64,000 bases of DNA from an uncultured Streptosporangiaceae bacterium (lineage in GTDB: Bacteria; Actinomycetota; Actinomycetes; Streptosporangiales; Streptosporangiaceae). Made by a program: the position numbers and the translations under genes. This document shows, in pieces, positions 1 through 9,935 of this stretch. The notes below the pieces were generated by a model, which saw only the letters and a program-made list of their open reading frames with translations, ran no database searches and was not told the DNA's origin. The DNA lies in contig CAZORE010000010.1 in the NCBI GenBank assembly GCA_964581815.1, positions 34,385-98,384 on the forward strand. The letters are read 5' to 3'. Numbering within the stretch: the first letter of the stretch is position 1; the number at the start of each line of letters is the position of its first letter.

Positions 1-601
1 GCGTGATCGTGGCGCCGACCTGGGACTTGATGTCGTCGCCGACGATCGGCACGCCCGCGTCGGTGAACTTCTTCGCCCACACGGGGTCGGAGGCGATGAA
101 CACCGGCAGCGCGTTGACGAAACCCACGTTGGCGTCAATGGCGCACTGGGCGTAGAAGCGGTCCGCCTGCTCGGAGCCGACGGGCAGGTAGCAGACAAGC
201 ACGTCGGCCTTGGCCTCGCGCAGCGCCGCCACCACGTCGACCGGCTGGTCGTCGGACTCGGTGATGATCTCCCGGTAGTACTCGCCAAGGCCGTCGAGCG
301 TGTGGCCACGCTGGACGATCACGCCGGTCGGCGGGACGTCGGCGAACTTGATCGTGTTGTTCTCGCTGGCGGAGATCGCTTCGCTGAGGTCCAGGCCAAC
401 CTTCTTGGCGTCGACGTCGAAGGCGGCGACCACCTCGATGTCCGACACGTGATAGCCGCCAAAGCGCACGTGCATGAGGCCCGGGACCCGGGCGTCGTCG
501 CTTGCGTCCTTGTAGTACTCGAGGCCCTGGACGAGCGAGCTCGCGCAGTTGCCCACCCCCACAATGGCCACGCGCACTTTATTGGCAGGCACAGCACCCA
601 T
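1..601 (-). CDS. ino1: myo-inositol-1-phosphate synthase (3' part runs off the window)
   Basis: Minus strand from ATG at 601 reads [20 protein letters not shown]...[26 protein letters not shown] upstream; start overlaps the padR stop (TGATG). Confidence 0.95.
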   Translation of the reverse strand, partial: MGAVPANKVRVAIVGVGNCASSLVQGLEYYKDASDDARVPGLMHVRFGGYHVSDIEVVAAFDVDAKKVGLDLSEAISASENNTIKFADVPPTGVIVQRGHTLDGLGEYYREIITESDDQPVDVVAALREAKADVLVCYLPVGSEQADRFYAQCAIDANVGFVNALPVFIASDPVWAKKFTDAGVPIVGDDIKSQVGATIT

Positions 602-1251
602 CAGGATGACTCCTTCTCGCTTCCGCGATCTATTCGGGATCTATCGGTAGGGCTCGCTGGCGGGTAGGGTCCGCCCGCGGCACCACTTGCCTCTGACCGC
701 CGTTCCTCGGCGATCAGCTCATTCAGCCAGCGGACGTCGCGCTCCACGGCTTCGAGCCCGTGCCGCTGCAATTCGAGCGTGTAGCTGTCCACCCGCTCAC
801 GAGTGCGCGCGAGCGCCGCGCGCAGCCCTTCCACGCGGTCTTCGAGCCGGCTTCGCCTGCCCTCAAGGATCCGCAGCCGGATGTCGGCCCTGGTCTGGCC
901 GAAGAACGCGAAGTGGACGCCGAACTCGTCGTCCTCCCAGGCGGCGGACCCCGAGTTGACGAGCAGGTCCTGGAACCGCTCCTTGCCCTCGGCGGTCAGC
1001 CGGTAGACGATCTTCGACCGGCCGGGCGACCTGCTCGGCCTGGTGTCCTGACCGGGCTCGTCGCCTTCCTTGGCGATCAGGCCTTCCGCGTACAGCTTGG
1101 TCAGGCAGGGATACAGGGTGCCGTAGGAGAGCGCGCGGAACGTGCCGAGCAGCAGGTTGAGCTGCTTACTGAGCTCGTAGCCGTGCATGGGTGCCCTGTG
1201 CAGCAGCCCAAGGACGGCGAATTCGAGGACGGCAGTCCGGTTCCGGCCCAC
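601..1251 (-). CDS. PadR-family transcriptional regulator (ino1-associated)
   Basis: [16 protein letters not shown]...SYGTLYPCL...[11 protein letters not shown] winged-helix pattern; conserved padR-ino1 pairing in actinobacteria. Confidence 0.92.
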   Translation of the reverse strand: MGRNRTAVLEFAVLGLLHRAPMHGYELSKQLNLLLGTFRALSYGTLYPCLTKLYAEGLIAKEGDEPGQDTRPSRSPGRSKIVYRLTAEGKERFQDLLVNSGSAAWEDDEFGVHFAFFGQTRADIRLRILEGRRSRLEDRVEGLRAALARTRERVDSYTLELQRHGLEAVERDVRWLNELIAEERRSEASGAAGGPYPPASPTDRSRIDRGSEKESS

Positions 1252-1288
1252 GGCATCCCCTCCGGGTGGCTAGGTTGGTTGTATCCGT

Positions 1289-1326
1289 ACGATATCTCTT
1301 CCCGATATCTCGGTCCGATATATCGG
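1289..1326. promoter_or_regulatory. Triple operator-like repeat CGATATMTC at 13-bp period; third copy lies in the perfect palindrome CCGATATATCGG
   Basis: Copies start at 1290, 1303 and 1316; palindrome 1315-1326; located in the padR/DUF5318 divergent intergenic region. Confidence 0.6.
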
Positions 1327-1454
1327 TCAATGCCCAAGCATAGGTGACTGTTCCCCTGAGGGCAACCGCCCGTTCACTCATGGCGGCGTGCGGAGCGCCG
1401 CAAGAACCGGCACTAGGGCTACGCCGTGCAGGCCCCTCGGGTGATACTGAGGTC

Positions 1455-1868
1455 ATGGCAGGCATCGCTGCTCGTCGCTCCGTCGTGGATTACGCGCTTG
1501 CCCGGCGGGCCGCGCTCGCGTCGGTGTACGCCGGGCACACCACCGTGGCCGATGCCTGCGACGCTCATCCGTACCTGCTCCGCGCGGCCAAATACCACGG
1601 CGAGGCCACGGACGTGCGCTGCCCGATCTGCCGTAAGACGAACGTCACACATGTCACCTATGTGTACGGAGACGAACTCGGACAGTACGCGGGCCGGGTC
1701 AAGCGGACCCCTGAATTGACGGATATGGCAGCCGAATACGGCGAATTCAGGGTGTATGTGGTCGAGGTCTGCCAAAGTTGTGGCTGGAACCATCTCGCCA
1801 CGTCGTACGTGCTTGGCACCGGTGAGCCGCCTGCGGCGGGCCGCGGGCGCCGGGCGCGCCCGAACTGA
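1455..1868 (+). CDS. DUF5318-family protein, probably leaderless
   Basis: RSVVDYALARRA...CDAHPYLLRAAKYHGE..CPICRK...FRVYVVEVCQSCGWNHL. GATACT -10-like hexamer 6 nt before ATG 1455. Confidence 0.85.
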   Translation: MAGIAARRSVVDYALARRAALASVYAGHTTVADACDAHPYLLRAAKYHGEATDVRCPICRKTNVTHVTYVYGDELGQYAGRVKRTPELTDMAAEYGEFRVYVVEVCQSCGWNHLATSYVLGTGEPPAAGRGRRARPN

Positions 1869-2084
1869 GCCCTGCTTCCTGCCGCTGTCGTCCTCAAGGC
1901 CTGACGGGTCGGCATGGTCAGGAAAAAAGGTTCATCAGCCTGGGCGGTGAACGCCAGCAGGTAACGTTTGGGGTCGGCGGGACCAGGCTCCTGCCTTTTC
2001 AGCCACGGGCGCGCCCGGACGGCCTGACGAAACCCCAGCCAGGGTCGGGTCATGAGGGGTCGCTCACAGCCACTGCGAGGACGT

Positions 2085-5000
2085 GTGAGTAGCAACGACT
2101 TTGACGGGCCGTTCTTCAGGCCCGCTGGCGGGCAGGGAGCTGACGACCAGGGAGCCGGGGCGAACGGCGCAAGCGCACAGGGCACGGGCAACGGCGAGCT
2201 AGGCGCCGCCGGCGGTCCCAGGTACCAGGCGCCGGAGGGCTGGGGAAACGACGGCTTCTGGCGAGACTCGTCCATCGACGCGGACTACGAGACGAACACG
2301 CAGCGGCCGATCCGCCCGGGCCGGCACCGCTCGAACGGGGATCCCCGCTACAGCTACTTTTCCGACGGCAACGGCTGGCAGAACTCGCAGAACCCGGCCA
2401 CCCGGCCGGGCCAGTCAGGGGACTCCGCCTGGCCGGCCCAGGCACCGGACGCCACCACAATCGGCGCGACCCGCGTTGGATTCGGCGCGGGCCCCGTGGC
2501 GCCCGGGGGTCCCGCTGGTCCCGCTGGTCCCGCTGGTCCCGCTGGTCCCGGCGGCCCGGCCCGCCCCGGTGACCCTGGCTGGCGGGGCGGTCCCGGCACC
2601 GGCGGTCCAGCCGGCCCAGGCGGTCCCGCGGGCCCGGGCGGTCCGTGGCCGGGCGGTCCGGCGGGACCGGGCGGTCCGTGGCCGGGCGGTCCCGGCGGGT
2701 ACGCTCCCGGGGGCCCCGGAATGCCGGCCGGCCCAGGCGGCCCTGGCTGGCCTGGCGGCCCGGCAGGTCCCGGCGGCCCGGCGGGACCCGGTGGCCCGGC
2801 AGGACCCGGCGGCCCTCGGCGACCGGGCGGTCACGCCGGCCCGGGGCGGAACGGCAGGCGCAAGGGCGACTGGTGGCGCCGCTGGACGTGGCAGAAGGCG
2901 CTCGCCCTCACCGGCGGCCTCGCCCTGATCTTTGTGCTCGGCATGTTCGGCGTCTACGAGTACCTTTCCTCCTCGGCCACGATCCCCACCGCACTCGCCT
3001 CGGCGAACTACCAGAACACGACCGTCTACTACGCCGACGGCAAGAGGGTCATCGGCACCATCGGCTCGACCAACCGGCAGGATCTCGCCTACGCGCAGAT
3101 CCCCATGCAGTTGCAGGACGCCGTCGTCGCCGCGGAGGACAAGAACTTCTGGACCGAGGGCGGCATCTCGCCGACCGGCATCGTGCGCGCCGCCGTCCAC
3201 GACCTGACGACCAGTGGCAACAACAACGGTGGCTCCACGATCACCCAGGAATTCGTCCGGAATTACTACGAGGGCGTTGGCACCCAGCAGACGGCAAGCA
3301 GGAAGATCAAGGAGATCTTCATCGCGCAGAAGCTGGCTGGGACCAAGTCCAAGCAGTGGATCATGACGAACTACCTGAACCTGATCTACCTGGGTGAGAA
3401 CTCCTACGGCGTCGCGGCGGCCGCCCAGACTTACTTCGGCAAGCCAGTGTCGGAGCTGACCTGGTCACAGGACGCGTTGATCGCCGGCCTTATCCAGGCG
3501 CCGTCGACCTACCCGCTGCCCTCTAACCGGCCGGCGCTCATCGCCCGCTGGAAGTACGTGCTGCAGCAGCTGGTGCTCACCAAGGACATCACCGCGGCTC
3601 AGGCGAGCACGATGACGTTCCCCAAGCTGCTCACCGACTCGGCGACGAGTGCCTCGAAGGGTGCCTCGGAGATGGCGGCCTCGGGCGACCCGTGGTCACC
3701 GTACATCTTGAACGTGGTCTACAACGAGCTCACCTCCCCCAAGAGTCTCGGTGGGGATGGTATTTCGGTGTCGCAGGTGGAGACCGGCGGCCTCAAGATC
3801 GTGACCACGATCAGCTACTCGATGGAAAAGGAGATGTACAAGGCCGTCGACGCGAACATCGCCGCGATCAAGGCGACGCCCGGCGCCCAGTACCCCTCGT
3901 ACATCAGGATCGGCGCCGAACTGCAGAACCCCAATAACGGCGAGATCCTCGCCATGTACCCGGGCCCCGGGCAGAACATGTCCGCCGCGGACTGCAAAAA
4001 GTGGGACTGCAGCGATAACACCGCGGTCTACGCGCGCGAGCAGGTCGGGTCGTCGTTCAAGCCGTACGTGCTGTCCGCCGCGGTGGCGGCCGGCATGAAC
4101 GTCAAGACCAGCACGCTGAACGCGAGTCAGTACCTCTGCGTGCCACCGGACGGCCTGTCGGCCACCCTGTCCAAGACAATGAAGTATTACTCGGGCAGCC
4201 TGAGCGAGTGCGCGGACAACGGCCTCAACAGCTACTTCCCCGTCGAGAACGACGGCGGCGAGATCATCGGCAACCCGAAGAAGGGCGGCGGCACCACGGT
4301 GCAGAACGCCCTCGCCCAGTCGTCCAACACCGCGTTCACCGACCTCACCCACCGGGTCACCACGTCGAACGTGATCAGGATGGCGAAAGCCTTCGGCGTC
4401 AGCATCGCGGACTACCCCAACGGGTCGGGCCTGACCAGCGATGTCGGCCAAACGAACATCGCGCTCGGTATCGCGCCGCTGACGGTCAACGAGCAGACCA
4501 CGATGCTCTCCGCCATCACCAACGACGGCGTCTATCACCAGTCGCACATCGTTAAGTACTGGCAGCAGCCAGACGGCTCCGAGCAGACGCCGACGGTCGC
4601 GTCGCACGGGGTGCTCGACCCGTCCAACCCGACGACCAACGCGGAGCTCGACTCCCAGGTCCAGTACGCGATGGAAATGACGACGGTCGACGGCACCGGC
4701 ACCGCGGCCGCCTACGGGCTCGGCAGCCGGCAGATCATCGCCAAGACCGGAACGACGAGCGGCTCCACGGCCGGCTTCTTCATCGGCGCCATTCCCCAGT
4801 ACTCCCTGGTCGTGGGCATGTTCGTCGCGAACCCCGCGAACACATCGGAGAGCCTGGTGCCGCTCACCGGCGGCGGCTTCGGTGGTTACTGGCCCGCCAA
4901 GATCTGGAACACGTTCGCCCAGGCGGAGTTCGCCAACCTGCCACAGGAGACCTTCCAGAACGCTACGTTCACCGGCGCGGCGTGGAACCAGGTCGGCAAG

Positions 5001-5510
5001 ATCGCCCCGGACCAGATCAGCTGCTATATGGCGGACGGCAAGAAGCACAAGATGGCGGTCAAGACCTGCCCCACCCCGGCCCCCCAGGTCAACTGCGGCT
5101 TCGACCAGCAGACCGGGAACAACGACCTGTGCACCACCTGCACCTTCGACCAGGCGAACGGTCAGTTCGACAACTGCGGGCAGCCGACGCAGTGCTCCTT
5201 TAATCAGGCGGACGGTCAGTTCGACAACTGCGGGGGCGCCTCCCCGTCAGACTCGGCGACCTGCCAGCAGGGTGATCCCGCCTGTACCAGCGCTAGCCCG
5301 TCGCCCAGCGCTACCTGCACGGACCCGGCCAATCCCGCCTGCGCGACGGCCAGCACCAATGGCACCGGTACAAGCATTCCGACGGTCAGCCTTTCCCAGT
5401 CCGGCCTGGCCGTCGGCGGCGGCCTGGCCGGCCTGCCCGGCGCGGGCTCGGTGCTGTGGGCCGCGGCGTCTCGTCGGCGGCGCAGGCGCCGCGCGGGTAC
5501 GGCAAGATAG
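2085..5510 (+). CDS. ponA: Class A penicillin-binding protein (transglycosylase + transpeptidase) with Pro/Gly-rich N-terminus and Cys-rich C-terminal extension
   Basis: GT51 motifs [32 protein letters not shown]; transpeptidase SxxK (SSFK), SxN (SSN), KTG. GTG 2085 follows GAGGA; the ORF is open from 2052. Confidence 0.9.
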   Translation: MSSNDFDGPFFRPAGGQGADDQGAGANGASAQGTGNGELGAAGGPRYQAPEGWGNDGFWRDSSIDADYETNTQRPIRPGRHRSNGDPRYSYFSDGNGWQNSQNPATRPGQSGDSAWPAQAPDATTIGATRVGFGAGPVAPGGPAGPAGPAGPAGPGGPARPGDPGWRGGPGTGGPAGPGGPAGPGGPWPGGPAGPGGPWPGGPGGYAPGGPGMPAGPGGPGWPGGPAGPGGPAGPGGPAGPGGPRRPGGHAGPGRNGRRKGDWWRRWTWQKALALTGGLALIFVLGMFGVYEYLSSSATIPTALASANYQNTTVYYADGKRVIGTIGSTNRQDLAYAQIPMQLQDAVVAAEDKNFWTEGGISPTGIVRAAVHDLTTSGNNNGGSTITQEFVRNYYEGVGTQQTASRKIKEIFIAQKLAGTKSKQWIMTNYLNLIYLGENSYGVAAAAQTYFGKPVSELTWSQDALIAGLIQAPSTYPLPSNRPALIARWKYVLQQLVLTKDITAAQASTMTFPKLLTDSATSASKGASEMAASGDPWSPYILNVVYNELTSPKSLGGDGISVSQVETGGLKIVTTISYSMEKEMYKAVDANIAAIKATPGAQYPSYIRIGAELQNPNNGEILAMYPGPGQNMSAADCKKWDCSDNTAVYAREQVGSSFKPYVLSAAVAAGMNVKTSTLNASQYLCVPPDGLSATLSKTMKYYSGSLSECADNGLNSYFPVENDGGEIIGNPKKGGGTTVQNALAQSSNTAFTDLTHRVTTSNVIRMAKAFGVSIADYPNGSGLTSDVGQTNIALGIAPLTVNEQTTMLSAITNDGVYHQSHIVKYWQQPDGSEQTPTVASHGVLDPSNPTTNAELDSQVQYAMEMTTVDGTGTAAAYGLGSRQIIAKTGTTSGSTAGFFIGAIPQYSLVVGMFVANPANTSESLVPLTGGGFGGYWPAKIWNTFAQAEFANLPQETFQNATFTGAAWNQVGKIAPDQISCYMADGKKHKMAVKTCPTPAPQVNCGFDQQTGNNDLCTTCTFDQANGQFDNCGQPTQCSFNQADGQFDNCGGASPSDSATCQQGDPACTSASPSPSATCTDPANPACATASTNGTGTSIPTVSLSQSGLAVGGGLAGLPGAGSVLWAAASRRRRRRRAGTAR
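2508..2549 (+). repeat. 9-bp tandem repeat GGTCCCGCT (about 4.7 copies, Gly-Pro-Ala) inside ponA
   Basis: Directly visible; part of a longer GPGGP/GPAGP low-complexity tract of about 2490-2850. Confidence 0.9.
5139..5234 (+). repeat. Duplicated 42-bp unit encoding C-x-F-x-Q-A-x-G-Q-F-D-N-C-G in the ponA C-terminal extension
   Basis: Copies at 5139-5180 and 5193-5234, 54-nt period. Confidence 0.85.
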
Positions 5511-5546
5511 CCACGTAGAGCTGATATCAGGAGCGGGAGCGCGGTA

Positions 5547-6890
5547 GTGCGGAACCGGTATCCGGCATTCCTCGGCGCGGGCGTCGCCGCGTCGGCGGTC
5601 GCGGCGCTGCTCGGCTACGCGCAGAAATTGCCGTGCAGCTCAGGCGGCGCGTGGAACACCTTCACCGGCCAGTTTCGCGACGCCTGCTACACCGACATCT
5701 ACCCGCTCTACTATGACGAGCAGCTGGCCGCGGGCAAGGTGCCCTACTACGGTCATCCGGTCGAGTACCCCGTCCTGATGGGCTGGATGATGGAAGCCGC
5801 GGCGTGGGCGGTCCACTCCGTCGCGGACGCCTACTCCCGCGGCCGGGACTTCTACTACGTGACGGTGCTGATGCTGGCCGTCTGCCTGCTCGTCGGCGTG
5901 CTCGCGACCGCGGCCACCGCGCACCGGGAGGGCGGCGGGGCGGGCTGGAAGGCGGCGCTGCTGCTCGCGCTTTCGCCCGGCCTCATCCTCGCCGCGTACA
6001 TCAACTGGGACCTGTTCGCGATGGCGCTCACCGCGGGCGGCATGGCCGCCTGGGCGGCGCGCCGGCCATGGCTTGCCGGGGCGCTGCTCGGGCTCGCCGT
6101 CGCGACCAAGTTCTACCCGCTGCTGCTGTTCGCGGCGCTGTTCCTGCTGTGCCTGCGCGCGGGGAAGCTGTTCGAGTTCGGCCAGGCGCTGACGGGCGGG
6201 CTCATCGCCTGGCTCGCGATCAACGTGCCGGTGGCGCTGACCGCCACCTCCGGCTGGGCCGAGTTCTACGCGTTCAGCCGGTCCCGCGGCGCCGACTGGG
6301 GATCGGTCTGGTACCTGTTCGAGCATTACAACGTGCCGGTGGTCGGTAACTCCTCGCTCGGCCAGCTGAACCTCATCACCTCAGGGTCGTTCGCCGTCGC
6401 GTGCGTGCTCATCGCCGTGCTCGCGCTCGCCGCCCCGCGCAGGCCCCGGCTGCCGCAACTCGGTTTCCTGTTGCTCGCTTCGTTCCTGATACTCAACAAG
6501 GTGTGGTCACCGCAATACGTGGTCTGGCTGCTGCCGCTCGCGGTGCTCGCCAGGCCCCGTATCTGGGCCTACGTGCTGTGGCAAGTCGCCGAGGTCGCCT
6601 ATTTCCTCGGCATCTGGGGCTACTTCGTCTACCTGTACAGCGCGTCCGGTGACGGCGTCCCCGGCATCAGCACCGGCTGGTACTTCGTCATCCTCACCGC
6701 CAGGCTGCTGACGGTCGCCGTGCTCGCGTCCACCGTGGTGGTGGACATCCTGCAGCCAGAACGCGACCGTGTCCGGGCGTCCGGCCTCAACGACGACCCC
6801 GCGGGCGGGGTGCTTGACGGCGCGCCTGACCGCCTGGTCCTCGGCTGGCGCGGGGTGGGCCGCCGTCCGGCCGAGGCCGCGGCGGGCTAG
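5547..6890 (+). CDS. Glycosyltransferase family 87 / DUF2029 polytopic membrane protein
   Basis: CYTDIYPLY, VEYPVL, NWDL, GLAVATKFYP, NKVWSPQYVVWLLPL; many hydrophobic segments; conserved position after ponA. Confidence 0.85.
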   Translation: MRNRYPAFLGAGVAASAVAALLGYAQKLPCSSGGAWNTFTGQFRDACYTDIYPLYYDEQLAAGKVPYYGHPVEYPVLMGWMMEAAAWAVHSVADAYSRGRDFYYVTVLMLAVCLLVGVLATAATAHREGGGAGWKAALLLALSPGLILAAYINWDLFAMALTAGGMAAWAARRPWLAGALLGLAVATKFYPLLLFAALFLLCLRAGKLFEFGQALTGGLIAWLAINVPVALTATSGWAEFYAFSRSRGADWGSVWYLFEHYNVPVVGNSSLGQLNLITSGSFAVACVLIAVLALAAPRRPRLPQLGFLLLASFLILNKVWSPQYVVWLLPLAVLARPRIWAYVLWQVAEVAYFLGIWGYFVYLYSASGDGVPGISTGWYFVILTARLLTVAVLASTVVVDILQPERDRVRASGLNDDPAGGVLDGAPDRLVLGWRGVGRRPAEAAAG

Positions 6891-6926
6891 CCGCGCTGGC
6901 GCCCGCCGGCCGTGACCGCCCTGCGG

Positions 6927-7712
6927 TCAGCCCACCCGGTCGCGGAGCCACGCGATGTCGGCGGCCAGGCCCGTCTCCGGGGTCTCGCAGACAACGGGGG
7001 CCCCGGCCGCGCGGACCACGTCGAGCAGCGCCTGCGGGTCGATGGTGCCCGCGTCGAAGTTCGCGTGCCGGTCCGCACCGGAGCCGAACTCGTCGCGCGA
7101 GTTGTTGCAGTGCACCAGGTCGATCCGGCCGGTGATGGCCTTCACCCGGTCAACCGCGTCGGCCAGGTCAATGCCGGCCGAGTTCGCGTGGCAGGTATCC
7201 AGGCAGAACCCGACCTCGCCGCCGCCAGAAACCGAGTTAACGCCCTCCCAGAGCCGGGCGATCGCCTCGAGTGACCGGGCCATCGCGCCGGTGCCGCCCG
7301 CGGTGTTCTCGATGAGCATCGGCAGCGGCCGTTCGATCTGCTCGAGCGCCTTGATCCAGTTCTCGACGCCAACCGCGGGGTCGGCGTCCGCCGTGACATG
7401 CCCGCCGTGCACGATGAGCCCCTTGGCGCCGATGGACGCGGCGGCCTTGAGCTGCTGGCCGAGCAGCTTCCTGCTCGGGATGCGGATCCGGTTGTTGGTC
7501 GACGCCACGTTGATCACGTACGGGGCGTGGATGTAAACGTCCACGTCCGCCGCGGCGTAGGCATCGCGGAGCGCACCGGGATCACCGCCGGGGATAACCG
7601 GCCCCTTCCACCCTTGGGGGTCACCGAGGAAGAACTGCGCCACGCGCGCACCGCACGCAACGGCGTCGTCCAGCGGATGATCGGAGTGGAAGTGCCCGCC
7701 AATACGCATCAT
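6927..7712 (-). CDS. nfo: Endonuclease IV-like AP endonuclease (deoxyribonuclease IV), probably leaderless
   Basis: HAPYVINVAS, VHGGH, LIENTAG, CLDTCH, HCNNS..GSGADRH metal motifs; TAGGCT 6 nt before the ATG. Confidence 0.9.
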   Translation of the reverse strand: MMRIGGHFHSDHPLDDAVACGARVAQFFLGDPQGWKGPVIPGGDPGALRDAYAAADVDVYIHAPYVINVASTNNRIRIPSRKLLGQQLKAAASIGAKGLIVHGGHVTADADPAVGVENWIKALEQIERPLPMLIENTAGGTGAMARSLEAIARLWEGVNSVSGGGEVGFCLDTCHANSAGIDLADAVDRVKAITGRIDLVHCNNSRDEFGSGADRHANFDAGTIDPQALLDVVRAAGAPVVCETPETGLAADIAWLRDRVG

Positions 7713-7757
7713 GGCTAGAGCCTAATGCGGGCCGCCCCCGGGAGATCCGACAAACCG

Positions 7758-8084
7758 TCAGGCGAAGCCGCCGTGGGCGAGGCCGAGCGCTAGGCCCACG
7801 AAGCCGGCGATGATGCCGGCCACGATGATGACCCGTTCTTCCCTGGTCGCTGACATCATCTGGGAGACGAGCCCGACGAGCAGGGCGGCGAGGCCGGTGA
7901 CCGCGGTCACGACCGCCCAGCCGTGAGAACCGCTCGGGCCGGTCCTAAGCAGCAGTCCGAGTGCGAATGAGACCAAGCCGACGATGAGCGTGAAGAACGC
8001 CGCCACGTTGAGCAGCGGGTGGCGCTGACCGTCCGAGTTGAGCGTGAAGTGCGGTGCGTGCCCGCGGGTGCGGATCGTGGTCAC
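7758..8084 (-). CDS. Small membrane protein (about 3 TM)
   Basis: Three hydrophobic segments; GGGAGG RBS before GTG 8084. Confidence 0.75.
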   Translation of the reverse strand: MTTIRTRGHAPHFTLNSDGQRHPLLNVAAFFTLIVGLVSFALGLLLRTGPSGSHGWAVVTAVTGLAALLVGLVSQMMSATREERVIIVAGIIAGFVGLALGLAHGGFA

Positions 8085-8195
8085 GACGGCCTCCCAGGAG
8101 GACTCCGTAGTCCAGGTTCAACTCCACTGTTCCCCTTTTAGCGCCGGATGAACAGGCCCGCGGGCCAGGAACCGGCTCGGAATGTCGTTGGGCCT

Positions 8196-8204
8196 TGGTA
8201 CAGT
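8196..8204 (+). promoter_or_regulatory. Probable extended -10 promoter (TGn-TACAGT) for the rpsF operon
   Basis: TGGTACAGT about 35 nt upstream of the leader hairpin. Confidence 0.45.
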
Positions 8205-8240
8205 TAGTGGCTGCGGACGGGGACTATGAGCCCCGCCGTG

Positions 8241-8287
8241 CCTCCTGTCACGGAACGCCCGTGACCGCGTCAGTCCAGAGGAGGAGC
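8241..8287 (+). promoter_or_regulatory. rpsF leader RNA resembling the S6:S18 autoregulatory element
   Basis: Inner stem GTCACGG (8247-8253) / CCGTGAC (8259-8265); CCTCCT (8241-8246) can pair with the SD AGGAGG (8279-8284). Confidence 0.65.
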
Positions 8288-8291
8288 GCAT

Positions 8292-8582
8292 ATGCGCCAC
8301 TACGAGATCATGATCATCCTCGACCCGAACCTCGAGGAGCGGACGGTACAGCCGTCGCTCGAGGGGTTCCTCAAGGTCGTGACCGCCGACGGTGGCAAGG
8401 TCGGCAAGCTTGACATCTGGGGGAAGCGCCGGCTTTCCTATCCGATCGACAAGAAGCCGGAAGGCATCTACGCCATCGTCGACCTGACCGCCAACCCGGG
8501 TGCCGTCCAGGAGCTCGACCGCCAGCTCAACCTCAACGAGGGCGTGCTGCGGACCAAGGTCCTGCGGCCCGAGCACCGCTAA
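8292..8582 (+). CDS. rpsF: 30S ribosomal protein S6
   Basis: [12 protein letters not shown]...[18 protein letters not shown]...VLRTKVLR. Confidence 0.98.
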   Translation: MRHYEIMIILDPNLEERTVQPSLEGFLKVVTADGGKVGKLDIWGKRRLSYPIDKKPEGIYAIVDLTANPGAVQELDRQLNLNEGVLRTKVLRPEHR

Positions 8583-8627
8583 GCCACAGCCTTATCCATC
8601 AGTTCTGCTAAGACCGGGAGCGCCACA

Positions 8628-9146
8628 ATGGCGGCAGGAGACACCCCCATCACGGTCGTCGGCAACCTCGTCGCCGACCCGGAACTCCGATTCACCCCAG
8701 CCGGCCAGCCGGTGGCGACCTTCAGGATCGCCTCGACGCCGCGGATACGCGACAACGCGAGCAATGAGTGGCGGGACGGCGACAGCCTCTTCCTGACCTG
8801 CAACGTCTGGCGGCAGGCGGCAGAGAACGTGGCCGAATCGCTGCAGCGCGGCATGCGGGTCATCGTGACCGGCCGGCTCAAGCAGCGGAACTATGAGACC
8901 AAGGAAGGCGAGAAGCGCACCGTCTACGAGGTCGAGGTCGACGACGTCGGCCCCTCGCTGCGGAACGCTTCGGCCAAGGTCAACCGGGCCAGCCGCGGCA
9001 GCGGCGAAGGCGGGTTCGGCGGCGGCAACAACCGGGCCGGCGGCAACAACAGCGGCCAGGGGTCAGCGTCCGGCGGCAGCAGCCGCAACGAGGACCCGTG
9101 GGCGTCCGACTCCAGCGCCGGCTACTCCGACGAACCGCCGTTCTAA
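8628..9146 (+). CDS. ssb: Single-stranded DNA-binding protein
   Basis: [15 protein letters not shown] fold, Gly-rich linker, DEPPF acidic tail. Confidence 0.98.
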   Translation: MAAGDTPITVVGNLVADPELRFTPAGQPVATFRIASTPRIRDNASNEWRDGDSLFLTCNVWRQAAENVAESLQRGMRVIVTGRLKQRNYETKEGEKRTVYEVEVDDVGPSLRNASAKVNRASRGSGEGGFGGGNNRAGGNNSGQGSASGGSSRNEDPWASDSSAGYSDEPPF

Positions 9147-9212
9147 AACTCCAGCAAGTAACAAACCGACCATCCCCGCATTAACCGCGGGGCTCTCCTA
9201 AGGAGCACCACG

Positions 9213-9449
9213 ATGGCGAAGCCTCCAATTCGCAAGCCCAAGAAGAAGGTCTGCGCCTTCTGCCACGAAAAGATTGTTTACGTGGATTACAAGGACACCG
9301 GCCTCCTTCGCAAGTACATCTCCGACCGCGGCAAGATCCGTGCGCGACGGGTTACCGGGAACTGCACCCGGCACCAGCGCGACGTCGCCACCGCGATCAA
9401 GAACGCACGCGAGATGGCGCTGCTCCCGTACACCAGCACGGCGCGCTAG
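9213..9449 (+). CDS. rpsR: 30S ribosomal protein S18 (zinc-binding Cys-containing form)
   Basis: CAFC...[31 protein letters not shown]. Confidence 0.98.
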   Translation: MAKPPIRKPKKKVCAFCHEKIVYVDYKDTGLLRKYISDRGKIRARRVTGNCTRHQRDVATAIKNAREMALLPYTSTAR

Positions 9450-9468
9450 GGCCAGGGAGGACTGACCA

Positions 9469-9924
9469 ATGTCTCGCATGAAGCTGATCCTGACGCAGGA
9501 GGTCGACGGCCTCGGCACCCCGGGTGACGTGGTGGACGTGGCCGCGGGCTACGGCCGTAACTACCTGCTGCCCCGCGGGTTCGCGATCTCGTGGACCCGT
9601 GGCGGTGAGAAGCAGGTCGAGCTGATCAAGCGGGCCCGCGCGGCGCGTGAGATCCGTACCCTTGAGGACGCGCAGGCGGTGGCCGGGCAGCTGCAGCGGC
9701 TGAACATCCGGCTCAAGCGGCGCGCCGGGTCTAACGGTCGGCTGTTCGGCTCGGTCGGCGCGACCGACATCGCCGAGGCGGTTCGCACCGCAGGCGGCCC
9801 GGAGATTGACCGCAGGAAGATCGTCGTGCCCGACCCGATCAAGGCGGCCGGCTCGTACAAGGTCCAGGTCCGGCTGCACCCCGAGGTGACCGCCTCGGTG
9901 GGCATTGAGGTCACCGGCGCCTGA
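9469..9924 (+). CDS. rplI: 50S ribosomal protein L9
   Basis: MKLILTQEVDGLG..GDVVDVAAGYGRNYLLPRG...LFGSV...LHPEV. Confidence 0.98.
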   Translation: MSRMKLILTQEVDGLGTPGDVVDVAAGYGRNYLLPRGFAISWTRGGEKQVELIKRARAAREIRTLEDAQAVAGQLQRLNIRLKRRAGSNGRLFGSVGATDIAEAVRTAGGPEIDRRKIVVPDPIKAAGSYKVQVRLHPEVTASVGIEVTGA

Positions 9925-9935
9925 TCCCCCGGGCG

